A program made the position numbers and the translations under genes. DNA of 64,000 nt, taken from IMG/VR virus record IMGVR_UViG_3300046616_000431, positions 48,363 through 112,362 of that record; one strand, given 5' to 3'. The DNA is from a virus. Of this stretch, positions 30,093-39,793 are shown piece after piece (positions within the stretch are counted from its first letter, which is position 1; the number at the start of each line of letters is the position of its first letter). The notes beneath the pieces were generated by a model, which was not told the DNA's origin, searched no databases, and was given only the letters and a program-made list of their open reading frames with translations.

Positions 30093-30129
30093 CAGAACAC
30101 CCTCGCAAGAGGGGGTATGCATCAGCCGC

Positions 30130-30161
30130 ACCTCCGCCCCGTAGTGAACAGGGGCGGAGGT
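30130..30161. terminator. Hairpin terminator candidate
   Basis: ACCTCCGCCCC / GGGGCGGAGGT stem after the 29337 gene. Confidence 0.55.
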
Positions 30162-30182
30162 AGCGGCGTATGGAAGGTCATC

Positions 30183-30641
30183 ATGAACGAGCCGGACCCC
30201 ATCATCATTGAGCCCTACGAGGAAAGGCGCAGCGCCGATCCCAAGAGGAACAAATACGTCCTCTACGACGAGGACTTCGCGCTGGAGACCGATCCCCGGT
30301 CCCAGCCGCTGGACCCGGGACAGACGCTACGCATCCCCCATTACTCACTGGGCGTCATCGGTGACTGGGTGTTCGCCCGGAATATCCACTGGCTGCGCAA
30401 CCAGTTCAAAAAAGGCGTCCCCAAGCTGAATGGGAAGCCCCTGAGTTTCCGCTACATCACGGGCCGCGCCGGTCGCCCCGAGAGGCGCCTGACGCTCCCC
30501 GACATTGAGCGTCTCGCCTGGGCCCTGTACGACCGAGGAGACATCGACGGACTGACGCTGCAACGCGCCTCGAAGATCCTGGTCGCCGTCGCCGACCAAT
30601 ACGGTGCCCTCGTGGGCGACGACGGAAAGAAGATCACGTGA
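30183..30641 (+). CDS. Possible MerR-like DNA-binding protein
   Basis: 'YSLG...WLR...RRLTLPDIERL' resembles MerR/Xis-type wHTH. Confidence 0.5.
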   Translation: MNEPDPIIIEPYEERRSADPKRNKYVLYDEDFALETDPRSQPLDPGQTLRIPHYSLGVIGDWVFARNIHWLRNQFKKGVPKLNGKPLSFRYITGRAGRPERRLTLPDIERLAWALYDRGDIDGLTLQRASKILVAVADQYGALVGDDGKKIT

Positions 30642-31531
30642 CCCGGCCGATACTCCTGGTGGACGGCAACAACCTGCTGATCCGCGCCGTCGAGGCCACC
30701 CGCCGGGTCGCCATGAACGCCCCCGACGGCACCGACACCAGCGCGCTGGTCACCTTCACCTCGACCCTGTCCCGCTACACCCGGCAGATCCGGCCGTACA
30801 AGGTCACGGTCCTCTGGGACAGCACCAGCGCGCAGGTGCCGAACTGGCGCAAGAGCATCTACCCGCCGTACAAGGCCAACCGGCCCACCGCGCCTGATGC
30901 GTACGGGCGGAACTCCCGCGAGATGGTCACGACCTTCCTGCGGCTCGCCGGGATCCCTCAGCTCGGCGTCTGGGGCCAGGAGGCCGACGACCTGATCGGC
31001 TCGTACTGGCGCAGGCTCAACATGCCCATGACCATCCTGTCCAACGACAAGGATCTCCTGCAGCTCGTCGGCACGACCCCGCGCGGCGCCCAGTGCGACC
31101 AGATCCGAATATCCAGCGCCGACACCGCCACCGAGTACTGGACGGCGGACCGAGTCGAGGAGCACTACGGCTGCACCCCCGAGCAGCTCCCGCTCGTCCT
31201 CGCGCTCTGGGGAGACTCCTCGGACAACATCCCCGGCGTCCCCGGCATCGGCGTGAAGTTCGCCGTCAAGCACCTCTCGGCCGCCGGATGGGACCTCGAC
31301 AAGGTCGCCCACAAGGGCATCCAGGACCACCGCAAGGAAATCGCGGTGTACCACCAGCTCATCGACCTGCGCGGGCCTCAGTACAGCCTCGACGGCGTGC
31401 TCCCGGCCCCGCCGCCGTTCATGCCGACCTCGCCGGGCGCCGACAAGGCGTGGAAGGACCTGTACGCGTTCCTCTCCGGCTACGGAATGACACGGACGAT
31501 CACGCGCCTGGCCAGCGGCGAACTCTGGTAG
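30638..31531 (+). CDS. 5'-3' exonuclease / flap endonuclease (PolI N-terminal-like)
   Basis: 'LLVDGNNL','YKANR','EADDLIG','SNDKDLLQL','GDSSDNIPGVPGIG.K' motifs. Confidence 0.93.
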   Translation: MTRPILLVDGNNLLIRAVEATRRVAMNAPDGTDTSALVTFTSTLSRYTRQIRPYKVTVLWDSTSAQVPNWRKSIYPPYKANRPTAPDAYGRNSREMVTTFLRLAGIPQLGVWGQEADDLIGSYWRRLNMPMTILSNDKDLLQLVGTTPRGAQCDQIRISSADTATEYWTADRVEEHYGCTPEQLPLVLALWGDSSDNIPGVPGIGVKFAVKHLSAAGWDLDKVAHKGIQDHRKEIAVYHQLIDLRGPQYSLDGVLPAPPPFMPTSPGADKAWKDLYAFLSGYGMTRTITRLASGELW

Positions 31532-31657
31532 GCCAGTTTCTTGCCCCCGGCATGCAGCCGGGATAGCTTCAAGGTGCCTCCCCGCCAAGAGGCCGAATCC
31601 CACGGCAGACAGCACTGATTTGCCGTGCCCAGCCACCGCCAGGTTGGAGCTATCAAC

Positions 31658-32095
31658 TTGATCAACTTCGCCCCCGCCGCGCCGTACGGCAAGGCCGCTC
31701 AAACTGTCGCGAAGCCGAAGAGCGGCACTGTCCGGACAGTCGAGCCGACTTCCCCCGGCATCCAGTCCGCCATGACTCGCCCGCTGCCCGCCACGGCCGC
31801 CACGGACCTTCTGAGCAGCCCCACGGACTGGGACTGGCAGCAGCTGCGCGACTACGTGATGCGCTCCGTCGCCGAGCGCCACGGCCCGCAGCCCGCCATG
31901 GACCCGGTCAAGATCCGGTCCATCTTCCAGTCCTTCGCGCAGCGCTGGGGCAACCAGGCCGGGCCCATCGCCCGCTTCGCGTTCGAGGAGCAGGACGGCT
32001 TCTGGCGCAGCGCCCCGGTCACCCCCTTCAAGTTCGTCAAGAAGTGGGACCCGCACTTCGCGGGCCCGATCAGCGAGCGGCTGGCCGATGCCTGA
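31658..32095 (+). CDS. Hypothetical protein upstream of the helicase loader
   Basis: GGAG RBS before TTG; start uncertain (31625 alternative). Confidence 0.6.
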   Translation: MINFAPAAPYGKAAQTVAKPKSGTVRTVEPTSPGIQSAMTRPLPATAATDLLSSPTDWDWQQLRDYVMRSVAERHGPQPAMDPVKIRSIFQSFAQRWGNQAGPIARFAFEEQDGFWRSAPVTPFKFVKKWDPHFAGPISERLADA

Positions 32096-32360
32096 GCCCG
32101 CCTGCTGCCCCAACTCCTACGTCCGCCCCATCGACGGCGGCCTGGAGATCGAGGACGGCTCCGAACGCTGCTGCGGCCCCGAAGGCCACGTTCTCCTGAA
32201 CGTGGAGGAGTGGCACGACGCCATGTACCGCTGGGAGCAAGAGCTGCTCGACGAGCACATCCGCGCGGTGCTGCCGCCCGGGACCAAGCTGCCGGTCGTC
32301 GTGGACGTCCCAGTGATGATTCCAGTCCAGTCCGAATACATCACCATCAAGTTCGCCTGA
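32088..32360 (+). CDS. Hypothetical protein (90 aa)
   Basis: Overlaps upstream stop; codon bias. Confidence 0.55.
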   Translation: MPEPACCPNSYVRPIDGGLEIEDGSERCCGPEGHVLLNVEEWHDAMYRWEQELLDEHIRAVLPPGTKLPVVVDVPVMIPVQSEYITIKFA

Positions 32361-32407
32361 TCCACCCTGCCCGGCCGCCAACGGGCCCTCATCAAGGACC
32401 GCCAACC

Positions 32408-33244
32408 TTGAAACCGCCACCCAAGCCTGACGCCTGCATGCCGCTGTCCAACCCGGACTTCGAGCGCCTGAAGGCCACCTACCCGAAGCTCTGGGTCGAT
32501 CCGAAGCGCGAGTGCAAGACCTGCCTGAAGCAGAACGGCAACACCTACCGCTGGTGGGCCGACAGCACCCGCACCGAGATCGCCACCTACGAGTGCGACT
32601 GCACCGCCCAGTGGCTGATGCACCTCTGGTTCCTCAACGCGGGCATCGGCCTCAACTACCAGCGGCTCACCTGGGACGACGTCTCCGCCGTGGGCCCGGA
32701 CATCGTTGCGCAGATCGGCGACTACGCCCTGAACGCGGCCCGCCGCGTCTCCGACGGCCGCAACCTCGTCCTGTGGTCGACCGGCCCCGGCACCGGCAAG
32801 ACGCTGCTGCTCACGCTGCTGCTCAAGACGCTCATGGTGCAGGGCTACCAGGTCCACTTCAGCCAGTTCAACGAGATCATCGACCTCTTCACCAACTCCT
32901 GGCGCGACAAGGCCGAGCGCGAGCAGTGGACCCGCCGCGTACGCAACGTCGACGCCCTCGGCATGGACGACATGGGCAAGGAGCACAAGGGCCGCCTGGA
33001 GATGGTCGAGGCCATGGTCGACCAGATCGTCCGCGCCCGCGTCTCCGACTCCCGGCCCATGGCCATCACCTCCAACTTCACCCCCCAGCAGATGCAGGAG
33101 GGGTACGGCGGCTACGTCATGAGCCTGCTCAGCGAGCAGGCCGACTTCATCGAGGTCACCGGTAGCGACTTCCGGCCCCGCCGCCGCGAACTGACCGCCC
33201 AGGAGGCCGCCCTCGGCCTCGCCCGACCGATTGCAGCGGTGTGA
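32408..33244 (+). CDS. DnaC/IstB-like AAA+ helicase loader
   Basis: Zn motif CKTC...CDC, Walker A GPGTGKT, Walker B 'MDDMG', 'ITSN'. Confidence 0.85.
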   Translation: MKPPPKPDACMPLSNPDFERLKATYPKLWVDPKRECKTCLKQNGNTYRWWADSTRTEIATYECDCTAQWLMHLWFLNAGIGLNYQRLTWDDVSAVGPDIVAQIGDYALNAARRVSDGRNLVLWSTGPGTGKTLLLTLLLKTLMVQGYQVHFSQFNEIIDLFTNSWRDKAEREQWTRRVRNVDALGMDDMGKEHKGRLEMVEAMVDQIVRARVSDSRPMAITSNFTPQQMQEGYGGYVMSLLSEQADFIEVTGSDFRPRRRELTAQEAALGLARPIAAV

Positions 33245-33849
33245 CCATGTCGAACGATGATTTTTACAGGACTTCCGCGATCCTGCGGGGCGAGACCCTT
33301 CACAAGGTAGGCCCGGCGGCCCCCGTGGTGAACGCGGTCGGGAACGGAGTGTGGACCCATAACCCCACCCCTGCGCCGGTCGCCATGCCGCGCTCCTTCA
33401 GCCACGCCGCTGCCGGTGTGGACGAGCAGGTCAAGCACGGCAGAGCAAAGCTGGACGCCCTGCGCAACCAGCTGAAGTCGTTCTCGGACCAGCTCATCGA
33501 CATGGACATCGCGGTCGCCCGGATGACCAACAGTCTCCACGGGCCAGGCAGCGAACTCGCTGACGCCAACGAGAAGATCGAGCGCCTGGAAGCGCGCGTC
33601 GCGGCTCTGATCAAGGAAGCCCAGCGCCAGAAGAGGCGCGCAGAGCGCGCCGAGATCCAGCAGCCCGACATCGAGAAGAGCAAGCCCGGCGAGGTCGCCT
33701 TCCTGCGCCGCACGCCCGGCGACGCCATCCGGTACTTCGCCACCGAGGTCATGAAGCACGGTGAGCTCGACATCAATGCCGAGCTGATGGGCGCCGCCAT
33801 GGGCCTGCGCATGGTCGCCGACGAAGTGGATCGGCTGCCGCAGGGATGA
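33241..33849 (+). CDS. Coiled-coil hypothetical protein
   Basis: Heptad-rich, coupled to neighbours. Confidence 0.65.
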   Translation: MTMSNDDFYRTSAILRGETLHKVGPAAPVVNAVGNGVWTHNPTPAPVAMPRSFSHAAAGVDEQVKHGRAKLDALRNQLKSFSDQLIDMDIAVARMTNSLHGPGSELADANEKIERLEARVAALIKEAQRQKRRAERAEIQQPDIEKSKPGEVAFLRRTPGDAIRYFATEVMKHGELDINAELMGAAMGLRMVADEVDRLPQG

Positions 33850-35150
33850 GCACACACGCTGAGGCCACCCTGTACGCCTCGCTGACCGACGTGGACGCGC
33901 TGGAGCAGCTGGCCGACACCGGCCTGGCGCCCGAGTGCATACCGATGGAGGGCATGCGCGACGTCGTCGCCTATGCCGTCGAGTACTTCCACCGCTCCGG
34001 CCGGACCAAGGCCCCCTCCCGTGAGCTGCTCATGGAGCAGTGGGGCAAGCGGCTGGAGCAGTGCCAGGTCACGCTGCCCGAAGCAGACGTACAGGTCGAC
34101 GAGGTCTGGGCCGCGATCGAGTACCTGCGCTCCCAGTACGTCCTCGCCGAGTCTCAGCGAGTCCAGCGGGACATCGCCGTCGAGATCGCCCAGGCCGAGG
34201 CCCACGAGCGCGTGGAGGCCATCCACAAGGCCGCCGCGTTGTTCCATCACCTGTCCATGTCGGTCCGGGACCGCTCGGCCGAGGTCGAGGGCATCACCGG
34301 CCTGCGGGCCTCGCTGGCCCGCTACGACCAGCGTGCCGCCGCCCCGAAGGTCATCACCGGCATGTCGCTCGGGATCCTCGCGGTGGACGAACACTGCCTC
34401 GGCATCCACGACGGCGAGATCTGCACCTGGGCCGCCCCGCCCAAGGGCGCCAAGTCCTGGACGTCCACCCACGTCGCCCACACCGAGTGGAAGCGCGACC
34501 GGGTCGTCGTCCTCTACACGCTGGAGAACAGCGTGCAGATGTCGTACGACCGGCTGGCCTGCCAGATCTGCTGCGTCGACTACCGCGAGTACCAGAAGGG
34601 CACCTGCAGCCCCGAGGAGGTCGACCGCGTCCGCGAGTGGCTCGACACCAACGAGGCCGACCTGAAGGACGGGCTGCACATCCTGTCCCCGGACGCAGGC
34701 CGCCGCACCCCGGCCGCCCTGGTCCGCCAGGCCCAGTCCTACGGCGCGAAGTCGATCATCATCGACCAGCTGAGCCACATCGAGCACCCCAGCCCCGACC
34801 CGCGCCGGGCGCAGCACCAGAAGATCGCCGAAATCATGGCCGAGCTGTCCACGATCATCACCACCGGCCACCAGCAGCTGCCGATCTTCCTGAACGCCCA
34901 GATCAACCGCGAGGGCGTGGCCGCCGCCAGCAAGGCCGGACGGCTGGAGCTGCAGCACCTCGCCGAGTCGGCCGCCATCGAGCGGTACAGCAGCTGGGTG
35001 TTCGGCCTCCTCCGCTCGGAGACCGAGATCGCCGCCGGTATGGCGACCCTGCAGATGCTCGCCTCCCGCCGCATGGACCTCAAGAACTGGCGGATGGCCT
35101 GGGAGCCCTGGTACGGCACCCAGCACTCCCTCGGCGAGGTGACCCTGTGA
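33846..35150 (+). CDS. dnaB: DnaB-like replicative helicase
   Basis: Degenerate Walker A 'APPKGAKS','TLE','IIDQL','AQINR','ESAAIE' SF4 motifs. Confidence 0.85.
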   Translation: MSTHAEATLYASLTDVDALEQLADTGLAPECIPMEGMRDVVAYAVEYFHRSGRTKAPSRELLMEQWGKRLEQCQVTLPEADVQVDEVWAAIEYLRSQYVLAESQRVQRDIAVEIAQAEAHERVEAIHKAAALFHHLSMSVRDRSAEVEGITGLRASLARYDQRAAAPKVITGMSLGILAVDEHCLGIHDGEICTWAAPPKGAKSWTSTHVAHTEWKRDRVVVLYTLENSVQMSYDRLACQICCVDYREYQKGTCSPEEVDRVREWLDTNEADLKDGLHILSPDAGRRTPAALVRQAQSYGAKSIIIDQLSHIEHPSPDPRRAQHQKIAEIMAELSTIITTGHQQLPIFLNAQINREGVAAASKAGRLELQHLAESAAIERYSSWVFGLLRSETEIAAGMATLQMLASRRMDLKNWRMAWEPWYGTQHSLGEVTL

Positions 35151-35404
35151 CCGCCCCGATCATCCACGAGCTGATGACGACGATTTACGTCACCGGCGAC
35201 GAGATCTTCCCCATCGAGGAGTTCACGAGAAACGACCTCGTCCGGCGGTTCCTCCAAGACGCCCCCTGCCTGGAAGGGCGCGAGGAGGCGGTCATGGTCA
35301 CCTCGGAACCCCTGGTCACCCTTCCACAAGCGCAGTTCTACAGCGCGAGGGCCCTCTGCCCCACCCCCGACACCTGCTCACTCCCGAGAAAGGCGGACCG
35401 GTGA
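35147..35404 (+). CDS. Hypothetical protein (85 aa)
   Basis: GTGA overlaps at both ends. Confidence 0.55.
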   Translation: MTAPIIHELMTTIYVTGDEIFPIEEFTRNDLVRRFLQDAPCLEGREEAVMVTSEPLVTLPQAQFYSARALCPTPDTCSLPRKADR

Positions 35405-36063
35405 CTTTCCTCCCTTGCACCACCGCACCGGCCCTGTTCGACAGCATGGGCGGCCCTGACGACCCAGCTGTGATCGAGGCGAAGGCCCTCTGCAAGACCT
35501 GCCCGATGATCTTCATGTGCCGCCAGCAGGGCCGTGACGGCCAGGAGTGGGGAGTCTGGGGCGGCGAGAGCCACATCGAGAGGAACCGGCTCATCGCGCG
35601 GGCGGAGGAGGAAACGGTCGAGTGCGGCACCTACCGCGCCCTGCAGATGCACCGCCTCCTCGGCGAGAAGTGCGAGGTCTGCCAGGAGGCCCGCCGCGAG
35701 CGTGAACGGGCCTACGACGCCAAGCGCCGTGAGGGCAAGAAGCTCGTCAAGGTCAAGAAGCCGATAGGCGGGTTCCGAGAGAAATCCCCCTGCCCCTCGT
35801 ACGGCGCCTACAAGCGGCACATCAAGCGCAAGGAAGACCCGGGCCCGTGCGGCTGCCGCGAGGCGTACCGCATCGCCCGGAAGGCCGAGCGTGACGCCCA
35901 GCCGAAGAAGGAGCGGGACCACACGCCCTGCCCCTCCTCGGCGGGCTACCGGCGGCACCAGCGCAGAGGTGAGGCCGGGATCGAGTGCGGCTGCCGGGAG
36001 GCGAGCCGGAAGGCCAACAGCAAGAGCGAGAAGGCCAAGCGCAAGGCAGGGGCTGTCGCATGA
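35401..36063 (+). CDS. whiB: WhiB-family Fe-S regulator with three extra Cys/His repeats
   Basis: C...CKTC.....C and GVWGG; basic C-terminal extension with repeats. Confidence 0.85.
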   Translation: MTFLPCTTAPALFDSMGGPDDPAVIEAKALCKTCPMIFMCRQQGRDGQEWGVWGGESHIERNRLIARAEEETVECGTYRALQMHRLLGEKCEVCQEARRERERAYDAKRREGKKLVKVKKPIGGFREKSPCPSYGAYKRHIKRKEDPGPCGCREAYRIARKAERDAQPKKERDHTPCPSSAGYRRHQRRGEAGIECGCREASRKANSKSEKAKRKAGAVA

Positions 36064-36350
36064 GCGACCGGTCCTGGCTCTGGGCCTTCGGCGGCGAGCC
36101 GGACGGCCGCTGCCCCAAGTGCCTGATCACGCCAGTCATGACCGAGTACCACGACGCCGTCGTGGTCGGCATGTGCAAGGAGAAGCGTGACGTCGCCCTG
36201 GCGCTGGCTGAATACCCGGAGCACGTCCCTGACGAGGCCACCGAGCACCTCTGCCGGGGGTGCCCCGTGTGCAGCTTCACCTGGAGCGAGCGCGTGGCCA
36301 CCGCAGAGGACATGAAGCGGGCCCAGGGGCTGGTCAGCAGTGACAACTGA
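36060..36350 (+). CDS. Small Zn-ribbon protein
   Basis: CPKC and CPVC pairs; ATGA overlap. Confidence 0.6.
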   Translation: MSDRSWLWAFGGEPDGRCPKCLITPVMTEYHDAVVVGMCKEKRDVALALAEYPEHVPDEATEHLCRGCPVCSFTWSERVATAEDMKRAQGLVSSDN

Positions 36351-37440
36351 CCTTGACCAGCTGACCGCCCTGCCCGAGGCCCACAAGGCGAAGCTGGCCC
36401 GTGACGCCCTGGCCTCCATCGGCATTGACGTCAAGCGCGAGCAGGGCGACGAGCTGATCATCGCCTGCCCGATCGGCGGCTACCACAAGGACCAGGACCG
36501 CAACCCCACCGGCGCCCTGAACGCCTCCAAACTGCTCTACAACTGCCTCGGCTGCCAGGCCAGGGGAACTCTCCTGTGGCTGATCGCCACAGTGCGCGGC
36601 GACGACGACATCGAGCAGGCCCGCCAGTGGCTCTCCGGCGAGGCCGGGCTCACCCGGGCCATGGAACTCCCGGCCCTCCTCGACCTGTTCGACTCGCTCT
36701 ACACCGAGAAGACCCGGGCGCCCATGCCGGTCTACAGCCCGCGCATGCTGGAGCGCTGGGAGGGCGTCCCCGACTACATCGTCGGCGAGCGTGGCATCCC
36801 GATCGAGACGTGCGAGCGGATGGGCATCTGCACCGACCCTGACGGCTTCATGGGGCCGCCGGAGAACCGCGTACGGACCGGCCCCCGGGCCGTCATCCCG
36901 CACTACTGGCAGGGCGAGCTTGTCGGCTGGCAGTCCCGCCGCCTGCCCAATGCCGATCCGACAGCCCCGAAGTACCTCTCGACCCCGTCCTTCCCCCGCG
37001 ACGAGACCGTCTACAACGACCTCCCGTACGAGGACGACCTGGTGGTCGTCGAGTCACCCATGAGCAGCCTGCGACACCGGCACCACTCGCCGATCTCCGC
37101 GACATTCGGCAACGAGGTCACCGACCTGCAGCTCCGCTACCTCGCCCGGAACCGCCGGAAGTTGACCTGGTGGATGGACAACGACGAGGCCGGATGGCGC
37201 GCGGTCGAGGGCTACCAGCGTGAGGGGAGCCGCTTCCGTGCGCCCGGCGCACCACAGCGGGCCTCAGCCTTCTGCGACAACTGGGTCGTCCGGAGCCCCT
37301 TCGCGGCCGACCCGGCCGACCTGTCCGACGAGGTCTACGACATCGTCCTCGAATCAGCCGTGCCCTGGCAGGTCTGGACCCGGCCGGAGAAGCTGTTCTG
37401 CCACCGCTGCCTCAACGTCGCCCACCGGGGCGGGTGCTGA
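36340..37440 (+). CDS. dnaG: DnaG-type DNA primase (Zn finger + TOPRIM)
   Basis: 'CP..H...NCLGC', 'VVVES', 'MDNDEAG' TOPRIM acidic motifs. Confidence 0.85.
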   Translation: MTTDLDQLTALPEAHKAKLARDALASIGIDVKREQGDELIIACPIGGYHKDQDRNPTGALNASKLLYNCLGCQARGTLLWLIATVRGDDDIEQARQWLSGEAGLTRAMELPALLDLFDSLYTEKTRAPMPVYSPRMLERWEGVPDYIVGERGIPIETCERMGICTDPDGFMGPPENRVRTGPRAVIPHYWQGELVGWQSRRLPNADPTAPKYLSTPSFPRDETVYNDLPYEDDLVVVESPMSSLRHRHHSPISATFGNEVTDLQLRYLARNRRKLTWWMDNDEAGWRAVEGYQREGSRFRAPGAPQRASAFCDNWVVRSPFAADPADLSDEVYDIVLESAVPWQVWTRPEKLFCHRCLNVAHRGGC

Positions 37441-37892
37441 TGCGGCACGAGACCTTCCACCTCGGGCCCGATACCCACGTCAAGGACGGCGAGAACTGGA
37501 TGGCCGACCACCGCGTGGACTGGGGGCCGCCCGTTCCGTTCAGGCCCGATGAAACCGTGACTCGGTTCGGTATCTACGCCTCCGACGGCACGATCGAAGC
37601 GATCGGCCCCGGCAAGATGAAGTTCCTGGGCCAGCAACCCCTCTGCGTTGTTGAGGTCGGCGACACGCTGTGCTGGGACGGCACTCGTGTCCGGCTGCAC
37701 CGCTCGCCCCGTCAAGGGGTGCAGACCTGTCGACGGAGGAGATTCAGCATGCTGAAGAAGCACGGCACCGGAACCCTGATCACGGACGACACCGAGGAAG
37801 GTCGTATCGTCCGTACGGCCGTCGCGCTCACCGAGGCGCAGCGTGCTGGCATCCTCGACGAGGGTGAAGAGACGGACACCGAGGGGGAGTAG
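37440..37892 (+). CDS. Hypothetical protein; probably contains a separately initiated 47-aa gene at 37749-37892
   Basis: Internal GGAGGAG RBS plus ATG at 37749, preceded by the late-promoter motif. Confidence 0.5.
   Translation: MRHETFHLGPDTHVKDGENWMADHRVDWGPPVPFRPDETVTRFGIYASDGTIEAIGPGKMKFLGQQPLCVVEVGDTLCWDGTRVRLHRSPRQGVQTCRRRRFSMLKKHGTGTLITDDTEEGRIVRTAVALTEAQRAGILDEGEETDTEGE
37688..37721 (+). promoter_or_regulatory. Candidate late promoter (TGTCCG...AAGGGGTG)
   Basis: TGT 37688, AAGGGG 37714 (26 bp). Confidence 0.5.
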
Positions 37893-37894
37893 GC

Positions 37895-38647
37895 GTGGCC
37901 GACCAGCCGCCTCTCCAGCTCGTCGGCCGCCCGGACACCGCCATCGTGTCCACGAGTACCGCTCTGGTGCCCGTACGGGCGGCCGTGGTGTGTCACGACG
38001 TCAACGGCTACTACCGGGCCCTCGGCGTGGCGCCGGACGCCACCAGGCGCGAGCTGCTGGCCGCCTACACCGCCCGCAACGGGCAGGGCGACGCCCGGCT
38101 CACGTACGTCTTCCACCAGCTCCTGAACGCCGACACACGGGCCCGCTACGACGCCTCGCCCCTCGGCCAGCCCTTCCAGGACCGGTACGTACACGCCGAA
38201 CTCCTGCGCCGCGCCAGCCTGTTCGCCTCCGCACAGAACGCTCTCCACGGCACCCAGAACACGGCTGCCGACATTCTTAAATCTCACGGACTGGGGTCCG
38301 AAGAACCGAAGAACGAATTTCTTGATTCCACCTCCCCAGGACGCTTTAGTGATGACGGGAAGAGGGACCGCCAACCCTCTCCCAGCTCCCCGGCCACCCG
38401 GCCGTACTCCTACCTGCTCCTGGCCTCCACCTGCGACGACGTGTCGCGGATGGACCAGTGGAGGGAAGGACTCGGCAGGGCCCTGGCGGCCCGGAACTGC
38501 CCGCGATTCGCGGTCGGATTCCACGGCATTCCAGGACAGCCGTTCTTCGTGGCGAAAGACCTCGGGACCCCCGTGTTCTTTCTCCACGAAGACCAGCCCG
38601 TGACGGGGGAGTTGATCGCGGCAGCCGCCACTGCCGCAGTCGGATAA
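37895..38647 (+). CDS. J-domain-like protein lacking HPD
   Basis: 'YYRALGV..DAT..EL..AY...L.N..TRARYD'. Confidence 0.7.
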   Translation: MADQPPLQLVGRPDTAIVSTSTALVPVRAAVVCHDVNGYYRALGVAPDATRRELLAAYTARNGQGDARLTYVFHQLLNADTRARYDASPLGQPFQDRYVHAELLRRASLFASAQNALHGTQNTAADILKSHGLGSEEPKNEFLDSTSPGRFSDDGKRDRQPSPSSPATRPYSYLLLASTCDDVSRMDQWREGLGRALAARNCPRFAVGFHGIPGQPFFVAKDLGTPVFFLHEDQPVTGELIAAAATAAVG

Positions 38648-38683
38648 CCGACATCACCCGCCATCAGAACATCAGGAGCATTC

Positions 38684-39664
38684 GTGACCGCCAACACGAG
38701 CCCCGTCGTAGCCTTCCGCAAGGGCGGCAGCGCCGCCGAAGAGGCCGAGAAGGAGTCCAACGCCAGCGGCGGTCGCCGCGACAAGTCCCCGGACTACTTC
38801 TCCCTCAAGGAAGACCAGGCCTCCACCGTCATCCGTCTCCTGACGGACCACGACGACTGGATCTACGTCGAGCAGCACTCGTTTGTGCCGACCAAGGCCG
38901 CCCCCAAGGGTGTCGAGAAGTGGCCCAAGGCCATGACCTCCGTCTGCCGCAAGGACCCGGCCTTCGATGGCCACTACGGGGACTGCTACATCTGCGACAA
39001 CAAGGTCAAGAACTCCTTCGGGAAGGTCGCCTCCTCCCGCATCCGCGTCTGGGCCCTGGCGGTCGAGCGCGAGCTGGTGCGCGGCGACGGCAGCGAGGCC
39101 CTCGGCGGCCCCGCGAAGAAGGGCGTCGTCATCGGCGTCCGGGACAAGGTCGACGAGGTCGACGAGCTGAACGCCGAGGGCAAGACCACCGGCAACAAGC
39201 TGAACTACCCGCGCCTCCTGGTGATCAACCAGCCCATGAAGGGCTTCTTCGCCAATCTCAAGGCGCTGCACGGCCTCTACGGCACCGTCTGTGACCGGGA
39301 CTTCTCGATCACCCGCGACGGCACGGGCACGGACACGAACTACAAGATCGTGCCCATCGACCCGATCCCCGACCTCAAGCCCGGCACCCCGGCCTGGGAG
39401 CTGTACACCCAGTCCGTCGCCGAGCGCCAGGTCGTCCTCGGCTCGATCGTCGCCGAGAAGGCCAGCGACGAGTACTACGGCCGCTTCTTTGACCCCTCCA
39501 AGGAAGTCGACAAGGACGGCAACGTCACCGACGTTGCAGCGGCGGCCACCGGCGCCGTCGCCGTGGGAGGCGTGATGAACCTCCCGAGTGCCACCGCGAC
39601 TGACGCGGGCCTCTCGGCCGACATGCGAGACAAGATCCGCAACCTCGGCGCTCCGACCGGCTGA
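38684..39664 (+). CDS. Probable single-stranded DNA-binding protein (gp32-like)
   Basis: 'IRLL','H','C...CYIC','RDFSITRDGTGTDTNY' pattern; position before DNA polymerase. Confidence 0.7.
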   Translation: MTANTSPVVAFRKGGSAAEEAEKESNASGGRRDKSPDYFSLKEDQASTVIRLLTDHDDWIYVEQHSFVPTKAAPKGVEKWPKAMTSVCRKDPAFDGHYGDCYICDNKVKNSFGKVASSRIRVWALAVERELVRGDGSEALGGPAKKGVVIGVRDKVDEVDELNAEGKTTGNKLNYPRLLVINQPMKGFFANLKALHGLYGTVCDRDFSITRDGTGTDTNYKIVPIDPIPDLKPGTPAWELYTQSVAERQVVLGSIVAEKASDEYYGRFFDPSKEVDKDGNVTDVAAAATGAVAVGGVMNLPSATATDAGLSADMRDKIRNLGAPTG

Positions 39665-39793
39665 TCCAGCCAGGTCCCCAACACCCGGTCCGTCCCGGTG
39701 CCGTCAGATGCGGCGCTCAGCGATCACGTCGCTGCGTTCTTCCCCGGGGCGGACTGGTTCCATCACCCTCTTCATGCGCGAGGACCCACCACC

